From contig CM052816.1 in NCBI GenBank assembly GCA_028534125.1, positions 17,734,001 through 17,798,000 of the forward strand: DNA of 64,000 bases, in the 5' to 3' direction. The DNA comes from Lama glama. Taxonomy: Eukaryota. The position numbers were made by a program, and so were the translations under genes. This document shows, piece by piece, positions 39,802 through 51,623 of the stretch. Position 1 is the stretch's first letter, and every line of letters starts with the position of its first letter. Below the pieces are notes generated by a model that had not been told where the DNA came from, searched no databases, and saw nothing but the letters and a program-made list of their open reading frames with translations.

Positions 39802-40469
39802 TCTTTTTTAAAGAATGGGATTGGATGGGGTACGGGTAGGAGAAGGGTGATTTCGGTGCCAGCGTACCACCTGTACAGTGGAGAGGTGCAGCGATGGGCA
39901 CTGGAGTCACACACACTTGGGTTACTACCCTTGATTACACACACTTGGATTCGGCAACTTTCTCTGCCATTCACCTGCACTTCACCGTAACCACAGGCGA
40001 AGAAAGTAGCCTACTGGAACTCGATTCCCACTGAATTCTGCCTCTCTATAACTTTTGCTCCTTGGTTTCAGTTTGACCCTGGGACCGTGCAGAAGGCGTC
40101 CTCTACCATCTCTTAGTTCTTAAAGTCTAAGTAATGCTTGCCACTTTGGCTACTTCTCTTGGGACATGCGTTAATTTCCCTCGGTCCCCTATGTGGTTCC
40201 CTCCAAACTTGCGTGGGGAGCACCTGTCCTCTGACAGCGTGGCCCAGCTGAGGACCAGCGCTCCCTGGGTGGTGGGACAGCATGGAACAGAGCCCCCGAT
40301 CCCCCTGCCCCTGCAAACCTGGCACCTACAGCAACAGACCTAGGCTCTGTGATCACCTAAAATAGCCAAGCTCAAATCAGATTTGAGGTATTACAACATA
40401 TTAGCTCTTCCCCCAGACTGGAGTGTCCTCCCTGGAAGTAAAGATAGATCTCATCCCTGAGCCTTCAGT

Positions 40470-40685
40470 GTGCGGCAGGCATTGTGCTCAGAACCAGCAG
40501 CCTTGAATTCCTCCAATCATTGTGGCAAGTTGGTATTTATTTTTGTCGTCGCTCTAAAAATGAGAGGACTGAGGCAGAGAGAGGCATGAGTAGCTTGCTT
40601 TTGTATAGCCAGTAAGTGGCAGCCGTGACTCAAACCTAGGACTGCCTAGCTCCCAAGCTTGTGTTTTTTGTCTGTACCATGTGTT
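40470..40685 (-). mobile_element. MIR SINE
   Basis: aaatgagaggactgaggcagagagagg...agccagtaagtggcagccgtgactcaaacctaggactgcct. Confidence 0.75.
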
Positions 40686-40709
40686 GGCCTCACGATTCAA
40701 TCTGTTTTG

Positions 40710-40860
40710 TCTATCCATTCATTTGTTGTCATTTAACAGAAAGGTCTTGAGTACTTACTATGTGCCAGGCTTGTGTTAGGACTGAGGCTACAGAGGTAAA
40801 CAAGGGACCCTATTCCTACCCTGAAGGAAATCACATTGACTGCAGAGTGAGATTTAAAAA
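40710..40860 (-). mobile_element. L2 3' end
   Basis: cattcatt...catttaacagaaaggtcttgagtacttactatgtgccaggcttgtgttaggactgaggctacagagg. Confidence 0.7.
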
Positions 40861-41334
40861 ACAGATTTTTGTTGTTGTTATTATTCAAACATCCTTTTAA
40901 GGCATACATGCTCTGAGCAAACTATCCTAGATGCTCTGCCACCCATGATTTCTTCCATCTCTGAAGGAGGCAAGATGCAGCCTCTTTTGCTGCAAATACC
41001 CAAATACCCTTTGGTAGAGTGCTGTAGGTTGTTTGGCCATCTGGCTTTGTGTCTGTGTGTGTGCACGAGTTTGTGTGTAACGTGAACAGTCCATTGCCTG
41101 TTTCCTCCTAGAATACAGCCCTTTCTGTAAGTGCCAGACAAGAGATTTTTAGTTTTAAGCTCAAGTCTGTCTTGAGACCGAGGCAGCATCCTTTTTGGTA
41201 TTCAGGCCTATCCAGGTGTAAATGGGGTTCTTCTGGGTACCCCATGTTTCTGTGTTGGAAACACCGCAACTTTTTTTTGTGTGTTGAAACTGTAATTCTC
41301 ATCTCCCACATCTCCTGGTGGCCACAAAATTACA

Positions 41335-41480
41335 GTGGCCAAGAGCATAGGTTTCGGACTGAGACCCTTCAAGGCTCCGTTCCCAGTTTGGCTCCTTCCT
41401 AGTTGTGTGCCCTTGGCAAGTTTCTTTACTGTCCTGAATCTGTGCCTTCTCCTCTGTAAAGTGGTTTTAATGAAAGCACT
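41335..41480 (+). mobile_element. MIR SINE
   Basis: gtggccaagagcatagg...cctagttgtgtgcccttggcaagtttctttactgtcctgaatctgtgccttctcctctgtaaagtgg. Confidence 0.75.
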
Positions 41481-43189
41481 TACCCCCTTCCTCTGTCTCA
41501 CTTGCTGGGATACTTCCTCTAGTAATTCTTGTGGAGAGGGTTTGTGGGCAGTTAAGTTTTGCTCATTCTTGCGTAGGGCATTTTGTGTCCATTTTTGATG
41601 AGAGGTCAATAAGATGGAGGTGTGTGAGGTACGTAGTAACATAATGACAGCTAACCTGACAGTTACTAAAACAATTGTGATGATAGTTACTGTTATTGTC
41701 TGATTCCTTCTGGAAGGTCAGCCACCAAACCTCCCATTCGCATGCCCCTGAGAAGGAAGTAGCTCATGCAGCGGCCCTGCCCTCATCCTGGTCTGACTGT
41801 TCTGGCCTCTGGAGTTCCTGCCCTAGGAAACCTTGAGGTGTTGTAGGAGGGTCCCAATGCCATTTGTGCCGCCCTCTGTGATTCTCAGCAAGGTAGGACT
41901 TGCAAGAAGATTGCATTTTTGATGATGGATGCCGATTGTTCCCTGGAAAAGCAGCCCTAAGAGGAGGCTTTGACTGAGGCGGGTGCCCACTGCCTCATCA
42001 GGATTTGGGAGGAGACCTACACCTGGGGAGGCTCCGCAACGGTGTTGGCTGTGGTTGTGGGTCCAGCCTCCCCACCCCGAGGCAGAATTACTCAGCCCTA
42101 TCAGCCAAGTGCAGACCTCCTCTTAGGGTCTTGGACACCTTCCCAGATGAAACATCTGTCCTCCCACATTATACTTCAGGGGTCCCCTCTGACCAGGGAG
42201 GTCATGTTGACAGCCCCATTTACTCATCAGTCAGGAAAGTAATCTTTCTGTCTGTGAGACATCTGTAGGCAATCCCGTCAGCCAGTCTGGCCTCTGCAGC
42301 CTCTCAGGAGGTAAATCCTGCCCGCCAGGCAGGCACTCACAGGGAGAGGCGGCCAGGCGGGCCTGGGGCAGATGACGAGGCTGCAGACTTGGGCTGTTTC
42401 TTTGCAAGCAGATTGAGGCAGAAGGACAGTGAGTGCCTCCACGAGAGAATTTCATAAGCTTTCTTTGCCCTCGGAGATTGAGTGAGTGGAGAAGCTGTTG
42501 GACACGCACACCTGCGACTCACAGTGCCTGGTGGGTGAACAGGCCATTTCAGTGGGGGGCCAGGTGGGGCAACCAGCCCTCCCTCTGCTGGAACACTTCT
42601 CCTTTATTGGGATGGTATTGGGATTTGTATTTGGTTTCCTTGAGAGGCTTCAGCTAAACTCACATTCCCTTTGGAGGATTCTCTTTGGAAATTCTGTGTT
42701 TCATCTCTTCTTGCTGTTGAGCAATACTGATTGGGGTTGGGAGAGGGTAAATTCTTGGTAGGATGTTCATCTTTTAGGTTCTCCAACGGGGCCTTTTACA
42801 CACTAAAGAGCAGTGTGAAGGCAGCCCAGACTCAGGGAGCCTTCTCTTAAATGACTTTTTCTTAATATTCTAATTAATTTTTGATATAACAGTAGTTGAT
42901 GCTTATTACAGAAAACACTAAAAGTATAGACAAGTAAAAAGGAACAGGAAATAGGCAATGGTCACATAATCTAAAAATAGTAATTCAAATATTCCAGCAC
43001 CTTTTCTTCCATTCTTCTAGTTGTAGGTTTTGTCCATTGGTTTGTTTTTGTCAAAATTTGATTATCAAGTGGTACCTTTCCTATGTATAAAAAGTTGTAT
43101 TGAGCTCTCTTCAGTTAATATGTATAAATGAGTATTTTTATGATACTGAAGCTCTTTGTAGATATAAATCTTAATGATTGTATAATGTA

Positions 43190-43960
43190 TGATTTAAAAA
43201 ATTAACTTGAAACAGATCACAGACCTCAATATAAGAGCTAAGATTATAAAATTTTTAGAAGAAAATAAGAGTAGTAACCTTGGGTTTGACAAAGATTTCT
43301 TAAATAGGACACACAAAACATGAACTATAAATGCCAAAAAAAAAAATAGAGAGAAAATTCACAAATTGGATTTCATCAAAACTGAAAACTTTGATCTTTA
43401 AAAGATGCTGTTAGACTAATAAAAAGCCACACTGGGAGAAAATATTTGCAAAACATATGTCCAACAAAAGATTTGTTTCTAGAATATGCAGTGGAAACAT
43501 ATGTCCGTGTAAAGACTCAGTCATAAATGTTCATAGCAACTTTGCTTATAATAGTTAAAAGCTGAGGGGAGGGTACAGCTCAGTGGTAAAGTGCATGCTT
43601 AGCATGCACAAGGTGCTGGGTTCAATCCCAGTACTTCTATTAAAATAAATAAATAGATAAATTTTTAATAATCCAATTACCCTCCCTTCCCCCAAAAAAT
43701 AAATAGCTAAAAGCTGGAAATCAATGGGTGAACAGGTAAACAAGTTGTGGTATATATTCTTTGCAGTGGATTAATAGCAATTAAAAAAGAAAAGCTTTTG
43801 ATACATGCAATAGCATGGACAGATCTCATAATAATTATGCTAAATGAAAGGAGACAAAACAAAAGTGTATGATTTTCATTTACATGAAATTGTGCTGGAT
43901 GTAAGTTTTGGTGACCAAAAGCAGATCATTGTTTGTCTTGGGGAACAGGATGGCGGGGTG
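43190..43960 (+). mobile_element. Old L1M (L1MB/MC-like) ORF2 end and 3' UTR fragment, interrupted by a SINE
   Basis: aaaaattaacttgaaacagatcacagacctcaatataagagctaagattataaaatttttagaagaaaa...aaattggatttcatcaaaact...actgggagaaaatatttgcaaaacatat...acatgcaatagcatggacagatctcataataattatgctaaatgaaagga. Confidence 0.85.
43566..43701 (+). mobile_element. tRNA-Ala-derived SINE (Vic-1-like, camelid)
   Basis: GGGGAGGGTACAGCTCAGTGGTAAAGTGCATGCTTAGCATGCACAAGGTGCTGGGTTCAATCCC carries A and B boxes and an AGC anticodon-like loop, followed by an AT-rich tail. 15-bp TSD aatagttaaaagctg (43550-43564) / aatagctaaaagctg (43702-43716). Confidence 0.88.
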
Positions 43961-46169
43961 CTTGATGTAATGCTTGATAATGCAAAATGGACCTTGGGAA
44001 ACAGTTAAGTCAAGCATTGGCCTTAGATGCCAAAGATTCTACTGGCAGATGGGTTTGTTTGAGGAAGAAGAGTTTTTAATACGGCAATGTGTTACTCTTC
44101 CTGACTTAAGTTTAAAAAATATCCTCTTAGGCCTTCTTAAAGAAAATACCCCCTTAGGGTATGATTCATGAAAAAGAGTGGACAGAAAGTCATACAACTT
44201 GCAGAGGGACCGGCTGTCAGGGATTCACTGCCAGTGGGGTGGCCGCTCTGACTTATTGTTCTGGGTGGGCGGGAGACGGGGAGGGCTTCTCCCTACAGAA
44301 CGCTGAACATTGATTTCACCTCTCTGTTGCCATTGATTTTCGTTTGGTGAATGGAAAATTGAAGCATTTGTTTTAAGTCTCCCAGACAAGCCGCATTCCA
44401 GATTCTGCACGTGCGTTGTGAATGGGAGGAAAGGCTGTCAGGGTGGGACTTGCGGTGTCTGAGTGTATTCTTGGAAGCCTCCTGGGAGCAGTGGGAACTA
44501 ACCTGTTTTTAAACCAGGAGCTGATGGCTGGTCCTCCCAATGGTCTAGGCCTCTCTGACGTAATAGCCCTTTATCTCTACTTCCTAATAATTGTCTGGAA
44601 TAACAACGAATCCTCCTCCGTACCCAGCAAAGAATTCAGATCCAGTCAAGGCTGGCAGTGCAGTAGACCAATCTGAGAGCTCTCTGTCTTTTATGTGAAC
44701 TTGAAAAAAAGAATCAAAGTGTCTGAGGTCAGAGAGAAGTACATCACAGAATGTGCCTCACATACCAAACTCTCACAGGATGTTTGAAAGGATGACGGTT
44801 ATTTCATCTCAGTTTTGTTTTACAACAAAGCACTGCCTCCCACTACAGGGGCTTTGAACAGGTTGACTGTACACACACGTTTGTCTCAGACTGGGAGACA
44901 CACAGCCACGAGGAAGGTGGGTAGTTCCTAGGTGCCTGGATGGCTCTCTGGTGCCTTGTTCCCAGTTACCAAAAACTGATCACACCCACAGCTCTTGCTA
45001 TGACTTTAAGTTGATGTGGCTCATACCCTTTCTCCAAGGAGCCTATGAATGGCCTTGTATTCTGTTCTCACCTCGAGGGATCTTCAGGTCCTGTGTCCTC
45101 TGGGTAGGCTGCTCAGGAGGGCGCAGTGCTATTTCTAGGCTATTTGTGGAATTGGTGCCGCTGGGTTTCGAGTTGAGGCCCCCTTTTGAATCAGTCACCT
45201 TTCTAATAAGAGGAACTGCTGCTGCTGGGGTCTGTTGTTTTGGGAATGCCTACCTCTGGGCCCTGAGGAAGACGTAGGGAGGGTGGTAGGGTCCAGAGCT
45301 GCCACTCACTGACCGCCTCCCATGTTGGGCTCTCTTGGCAGAGAGGACCTCACTGATGTCTCGCAACAGCCTGCAGGTCTCTTACTGTCCTCGTTTACAG
45401 ATGGGGCTGTCGAGTTTCTATCAATGACTTCCTTGGTGGCACAGGGGCGGTTTTGGAACAAGGAAGGAGGGATGCCATGCAGCCTCCTCGGCTGTGGAGT
45501 CGTGGGTGTGCGCTCGCACTGGTTAGTTGACTTTTGCCCACGGTGCTGCAGCCCACAGCGTGCCAGCCCGTCTGTTCCTGATCCTGCATTCACTGCCGCA
45601 CACAGGCCTGGGCCCTTCTCTCCTGCCTCCTGCCCCTTACAGAGCCATTGGTGGGGTCTCGAGTATTAAACCCATGTCCTCCTTTCTGTGCCCAAAGCGG
45701 TAATGCTGGGTTCATTTTTTCCCTTCGTGGTTTTTCCAAAAGCAGTCATTCCAACCACATGTCACTGAAAAATAGATACTTAATTACTTTAAACCACAGC
45801 CATTGAAAAAAAAGAGAAAAAAACCAAAACCCCAACAACTGAAGTACTATCTGCTTCTCCCTGTAAGGACCCAGGTGTTACCCACATCCTCACTGAGCAA
45901 GATTTCTTAACTCAAGCAACACAGTTACCATCTCTCTTCTTTTGTTTTCCTCTCTGAAGCTGAAGGTATTGATTAGATGAGCTTGGGGACAAGAGCAACA
46001 GAGAGTAAAAAACAGTTCATAATGGAGATGTGAATAATTGGGTGGAATTTTTAGTCCCTTGGAGTGGGGCAGGGTTGGGGGCTGCTGGTGGGCTACAGGA
46101 GTGAGAGGCAGATCTTACACTGGAAGGCAAATTCACTAGGCAAGTTTTATAAATGCATTAAAAATACAT

Positions 46170-46267
46170 TATGCATATATATGTATGTATAACTGAATCA
46201 CTATGCTGTACACCAGAAATTAACACAACATTGTAAATCAGTCATACTTCAATTAAGAAAATCAAAA
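46170..46267 (+). mobile_element. Very short artiodactyl-type L1 3' terminal fragment
   Basis: tgtataactgaatcactatgctgtacaccagaaattaacacaacattgtaaatca...tacttcaatt is homologous to the 3' end of the element at 16498-16697. Confidence 0.8.
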
Positions 46268-46321
46268 TCATGACTGCCAGTAAAATGTCCCAGACCCATA
46301 TCTTGCCCTGCCCAGTTTTCC

Positions 46322-47045
46322 TTTTTTTTTTTTTAAACCATGCTGCCTGTGCCAAAACAGTGTTACATCTGAAGACATGGGGGCAGGGGAGTGTGGCAGG
46401 GTTACCTGGTGAGCCTCCTAGTACGTCTCAGGGCCTCTGCCTGGCTGGGCAGTTTCTGGGTGTGGCTGTCAAGGACCAGACCCTCTGCCCCGCTCTAGTC
46501 CTGTCTGGCACCCTCCTCCCGGCTGCCGTCTCCACCTCCTGGGCTGCACTGCTGGAGAAGGGCCTCCTTCCAGAGGGAGCCATTCAATTTCCATTGGACC
46601 CCAAAGCACTGGATCCTTGTCTTTTTTTTTTTNNNNNNNNNNNNNNNNNNNNNNNNNNNNNNNNNNNNNNNNNNNNNNNNNNNNNNNNNNNNNNNNNNNN
46701 NNNNNNNNNNNNNNNNNNNNNNNNNNNNNNNNTTTTTTTTTTTTAAACCATGCTGCCTGTGCCAAAACAGTGTTACATCTGAAGACATGGGGGCAGGGGA
46801 GTGTGGCAGGGTTACCTGGTGAGCCTCCTAGTACGTCTCAGGGCCTCTGCCTGGCTGGGCAGTTTCTGGGTGTGGCTGTCAAGGACCAGACCCTCTGCCC
46901 CGCTCTAGTCCTGTCTGGCACCCTCCTCCAGGCTGCCATCTCCACCTCCTGGGCTGCACTGCTGGAGAAGGGCCTCCTTCCAGAGGGAGCCATTCAATTT
47001 CCATTGGACCCCAAAGCACTGGATCCTTGTCTTTTTTTTTTTTTT
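46322..47045 (+). repeat. About 310-bp direct duplication flanking a 100-N gap (46633-46732); probable assembly artefact
   Basis: 46322-46632 and 46733-47045 are identical except for 2 substitutions and T-run lengths. Confidence 0.95.
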
Positions 47046-47532
47046 CCTTCTTTTGAGCCAGGTTCTGTGTAGAGGAGATGGAGAATGTTTTGTGGTGGAC
47101 TTCTCAGAATATGCATGTGCCCAGGTGCAAAGCTGCTGGAGAGCTAGTCAGCCCAGAGTTTTTGGAGCTGGGAATGGCTGTGGACAGGGCCAGGGACTGA
47201 TGGAACACCACTCCCTCATTTCCTCCCCATCTCTTACACAACGTTCGGTGCACCACCCTGCTCTGTGGTTCTGCCCCAGATCAGGGGGCTGCAGTTGCCG
47301 TGTTCCCAGGTGTCCTTGCATAATAAAGAATGTACAGAGTGGCATATTTCATTCATCAGATTTAAGTGGGTGAAAAAGTGGAGGCTGAGGTGCGTGTGCC
47401 ACCCTTTGTTGTTGTGTTACCTTTGCGTAGGCCTGACGCAGGCCAGGCTCAACCTGGAGAATCTGTCAAGAGAAGTGTGTCTGGGACCAGGGTAGCTGGA
47501 GTTGTGGCAGCGTCTGTGTACAAATGGGTCCC

Positions 47533-47673
47533 TTTTTTCTTTAATTAAATTTTTTTATTTTTCTGGGGGAGGTAATAAGGTTTATTTATTTATTAATGGG
47601 GACTGAACCCAGGACCTTGCGCATGCTGAGCAGGCTCTGCCACTGAGCTATAGTGTCCCCCACACTGTCCCCA
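47533..47673 (-). mobile_element. tRNA-Ala-derived SINE (Vic-1-like), second copy
   Basis: Minus strand reads ggggacactatagctcagtggcagagcctgctcagcatgcgcaaggtcctgggttcagtcccc...aataaataaataaaccttattacctccccc plus an A-rich tail. Degenerate TSD aaatgggtcc / aaatggatcc. Confidence 0.82.
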
Positions 47674-49214
47674 GAAATGGATCCTTGAATTGCTCCAGGG
47701 GACTTGTGTCGCATGCATGGTCTTCCTGGGACTCCAGTCTCCCGTGTCTGTCCAAGCAGGTGGACCCTTCCTGTCCGGCATTGACTCCACCAGCACAGCC
47801 GGGGGCACATGAGGAGCCCCTGGTGCATGGACCACGGATGACCTGGGCCTCTGAGCAGCCAGTGCAGATGTCCTCGGGCTGCTCTGCCGGTCGGTGTGAC
47901 ACCGGGCAGAGATGTTCCTAAGATCATGGAAGCCCCAACACCCCGCCCTGGCCACCTCCTGCAGTATGGCCTCTGCCTCCCTGGGTCGTGGTCTCCCGCC
48001 TTTGCGTCTCTCTAATTCCTCTGGATCCAGCCCAGACCTGCCTCCATCACCCTGCCTCGCCTAGTCCTCCACCCACAGTGAAGCCCCCCTCCTCTGGGCT
48101 TGTGTTCTGGCCATTCCATGCATGGATCCTGCATTGTTCTCTGCCTGCCCATTGTGTTTCCTGGTGGCTCCGACCCCCTCTCTCATCTCGCACAGCCTGG
48201 CTCTATCCCTGTGCGCTGACCCAGCTCTCTCTGCCCCTCTGTCCACAGGGGCCCCTGCACATTCTGGCGTGCTTTCCAGGATCCAGGGGAGCAATGCCAG
48301 TGTGGCCTCAGAACACAACCATCATCTGTTGCAGGGGTGATCAGATTGGTTTTCCCGCATTCACTTCTGTTTTAATTTTCTTAGACCTCTTTCCTTCACC
48401 TTTGTTATTACTGAGTCTGCTGTGGCCTGCTTGCTGCTCTGCCGAAACTCATCAAGATCCCACCTCACAGGTCTTCACTTTAGGTGTTTGTTCTCAGATT
48501 AATTCAACCAATGAACCATGAAAGACATTCTTTATGGATGTCAGGCACCAGAGTAGGGCCCATCTGAGGCACTGACCATGAGGTTTTCTGGGGCCAGAAA
48601 ATGGACTCGGGATGATTTAGATGGGCATCCAAGGCTATCTTTAGATGTACTTTTGTTTTAAATAGGATGTTCTCAAGCTAATGTCCCATCTTTAATGTTC
48701 CTGATGAAGGGGGTGGGCAGAGGGCAAGGCCTTCTATGCACAGAGGGACAGGAGAGATGAAAGTTAATTAGTTTGGGGACCTTGATACCTTTCCAAGGCA
48801 CTCTCTTAAGTGACAGTTTTCATGGGTGCACGCTAACATGAATGTGCTGTCTTACTGAGGAGTGAAAGGCGCCTCTTCCCTCCTGTCTTGTCCGCAGTCC
48901 TGCCACAGCTGGCGGTGCTGAGCCCCTGCTTCCCATGTGCTTGGTGGGAGGGAGGAGGCTCCGGCTCAAGCTTCCACTGCTATAAGGAATTCCCAAGTGA
49001 AGGGCGAAGTGGCAAGGCTCCCCTCCGGCCTGGAACTAGTGTCCCTGTCTGGCAGGTACCAGGACGGCCATCTGTGAAGGCGATGGTAGTGGAGGGCTTT
49101 CAGGCTTGAGTCCCCACTGCCGTTGCTTTGGTAGGACTGGTTCTCAGGAAGTGGCTCCCATGCCCTGGTGATGACGGCTTAAAGGTCACTCATTCAGATA
49201 AGCTGCAGTCTGAT

Positions 49215-49660
49215 CACTTCTTTATTTAACAAGTATTTCCGGTGCCTTCCATCTGCCAGACACTGCTGTGTGTTTGGAGTTCTGTGATGAATGGATGCTG
49301 TGGAGATTAAAGTCTATTGGAGAAGACAGATGAAAAGGAAGTATCAAATGAATTGTGATGTGCATTAAGTAGGATAAGAGCAGGTACCATGAGAGGGTCA
49401 CTTGAGGGTGGTTGAAGGGGGTGAAAGGTGCAGAGTAGGGAGGAGTGTTCTTGGAGGGTGCGAGAGCTTTCGCAGAGGCCTTGGGTCAGGGAAGGGGGAG
49501 GGACTTGGTGTCCTAAAGGCAGTGAGAGGAGAGAGACCTGAGTAGCAGGAAGGCAGTGATGGAGGGGGCCTGCCTGCATGATGCCAGTGAGGGAGGCAGG
49601 GCCAGACTGATTGGAACATGCTGGGGTGACACTGGATTTCCTGCGAATCTACTCACTCTC
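49215..49660 (-). mobile_element. L2 fragment
   Basis: tttatttaacaagtatttccggtgccttccatctgccagacactg...ggcagggccagactgat. Confidence 0.65.
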
Positions 49661-49839
49661 CAACTTAAGCATTTTCTACTTGTGCCTTTTTTTTTCTTTC
49701 ACTTTGTGCAATGGGTGAAGTTGGCTTGCTGCTCTTGATGGCTCTGTTGATTACTTATGGACCTTTGGTGGAGAATCTAAACACTTTGTTTCAGAGCAGC
49801 TCTCAGAGCAATACTTGGTAGATGTCTGCAGAGTGGAGG

Positions 49840-50100
49840 GTTAGGATAATGGAGTAATGCTCCCTACAGGGCGCGGTTGATGGAGTGTAAATTGGTTACA
49901 GCATTTCTGGTGGATATTTTGGCCTCATTGACCCCATGATTCCACACTGGAGAATCTATCTCACGGAAGTAAGTAGAGATGCATGTAAAGATTTATATAC
50001 AAGGATGTTCAGTACACTGGACTACAGTATTCAAGAAATGGAAACAACCTCCTCTTTGTCCATCATAGAAGAATGCTTCTCACATTCTCACATACGCACA
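49840..50100 (+). mobile_element. Old L1M fragment
   Basis: ggagtgtaaattggttacagcatttctgg...gattccacactggagaatctatctcacggaagtaa...gatttatatacaaggatgttca...tggaaacaacct. Confidence 0.7.
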
Positions 50101-50139
50101 AATCAGAGTATGCCTTCTATAGAATCCCTTTCGTCTAAG

Positions 50140-50315
50140 TGACCTCTGCTTGAACTTTTGCAGTCTGGGAAGCCTCTCTTCCCAGCCTTCTGAGATGGAC
50201 CTTCTGTCTTTGGACAGCTCTCACTCGCTGTGTAAGATGTCTTCCTTGTATTGAGTCAAAAGGTTTTCTGTTGGTCACGTCTATCCTCTGGTCCAGACTT
50301 TAGTCTGGAATAGCA
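50140..50315 (-). mobile_element. CR1/L3 LINE 3' fragment
   Basis: cctctgcttgaac...tttggacagctctcactcgctgtgtaagatgtcttccttgtattgagtcaaaa is an antisense L3 3' end. Confidence 0.65.
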
Positions 50316-51592
50316 TTAGGACACAGGGTTACTGCTCCTTGTGCCAGCACATTCTTGAGCATTTCGTCTCTACGTAGGAGCCACTGGGTACCTGAATAAG
50401 CATCACCCACAGTGGCCAGTGATAAAGAGCTGCAGGGCAGGAACATGGGGAACATGGGGCAGATGTGCTTGGAGGAAGGGAGGGGCCATCTGAGACATCT
50501 TCTGAGAGGGATGGCATTGGAGCTGGCCTTTGAGAAAGGATGAGGGGAGCCTGGCAGGAGAAGGTAAAAGTGTTGGAGAAAACATAAGACCAAGGGAGCT
50601 CGGCTTAGTTCTTGGCCACCCCACCCGGAAAATTCCCTACCAGTGAGGGCCACAGAGACAAGAAGGAGCTTGTCAGGGGCTCTGGCTTCTCTCTTCTGAC
50701 CTTGACCATGAAGAACGCTTTCAGAGCAGGTGAGAGTTATGCCGTGGTTGTGGCTGTACCTGCATCCTGCCGCACTTGTGGTGAGTGGCCCCACGTGGGT
50801 GGTTTGCGGATGATGGTGTTCAGCTGGATCTCCTTGGATACTGTGTCTCTGTCAGCTTCCAGCCTGTCTCTGTGCCTGTCCTGTGAAAGGCAGTGTCCCC
50901 AGTGCCATCTCCCCACTTCTCCTTCATTTTGCTGAAGTAGATCATATGCAGCCCTCCCAGAGTGGGGTCATTTTGCTGCCTGTGACTAGAAAACAAATGT
51001 GGGTACACTTTCTCTTATCCACACATCTCATAGTAATTAAACACACGCAAGCGTGTGTTTTCTAAGATTGTAGCAGCAGAGCCCGTGGTAGGTTTGCACA
51101 TGCCTGCACGCACTCTTGTGTGCACACCTGAGCTTACAGTTAGCAGGAAGCTGTGTTAGCAAAGCCCTCAGTACTTCTGGCCCCTCCTTCAAAGAGGCAG
51201 GGTTATGAACACTCAGAGAGGGAGGCAGATGAAATTCTCAGCCCTGGGCTGTACTAGCTTATCATTTGATTTTTTTTTCCAATTACCATGTCCATTGCTA
51301 AAGATTTCCTCTAAGGTTTCAGGGCAAAAGGGACCTCTTTTTCTTGGGCCAACAAAGAAGATCAGCAAATAAGAAATCCAATGGGGAGGCTAAAGGTCAG
51401 TGGGTAATAGTAACAGTTTCTTTTCTGCCCCTTTTTAGGAAGAAAGGGATTTTTAAAACAGTGCACTGCTATCCATTATCCTAAGGGAATAAAGAAAGCT
51501 CAGTGGTTCTCTTACATTTCCCTAATAGCTGCTATTACACTGCTGGCTTGGCACTTTTCGTTAACAAAGCAAAATTGTAGCTGGGCCCTGTG

Positions 51593-51595
<3 letters not shown>

Positions 51596-51622
<27 letters not shown>
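51596..51622. repeat. (GT)n microsatellite
   Basis: Visible GT run. Confidence 0.95.

Positions 51623-51623
<1 letters not shown>

Noticed and set aside
43566..43640. Functional tRNA-Ala gene
   Set aside because: The acceptor stem is degenerate, there is an AT-rich tail and a TSD, and a second diverged copy lies at 47533-47673. It is a SINE.
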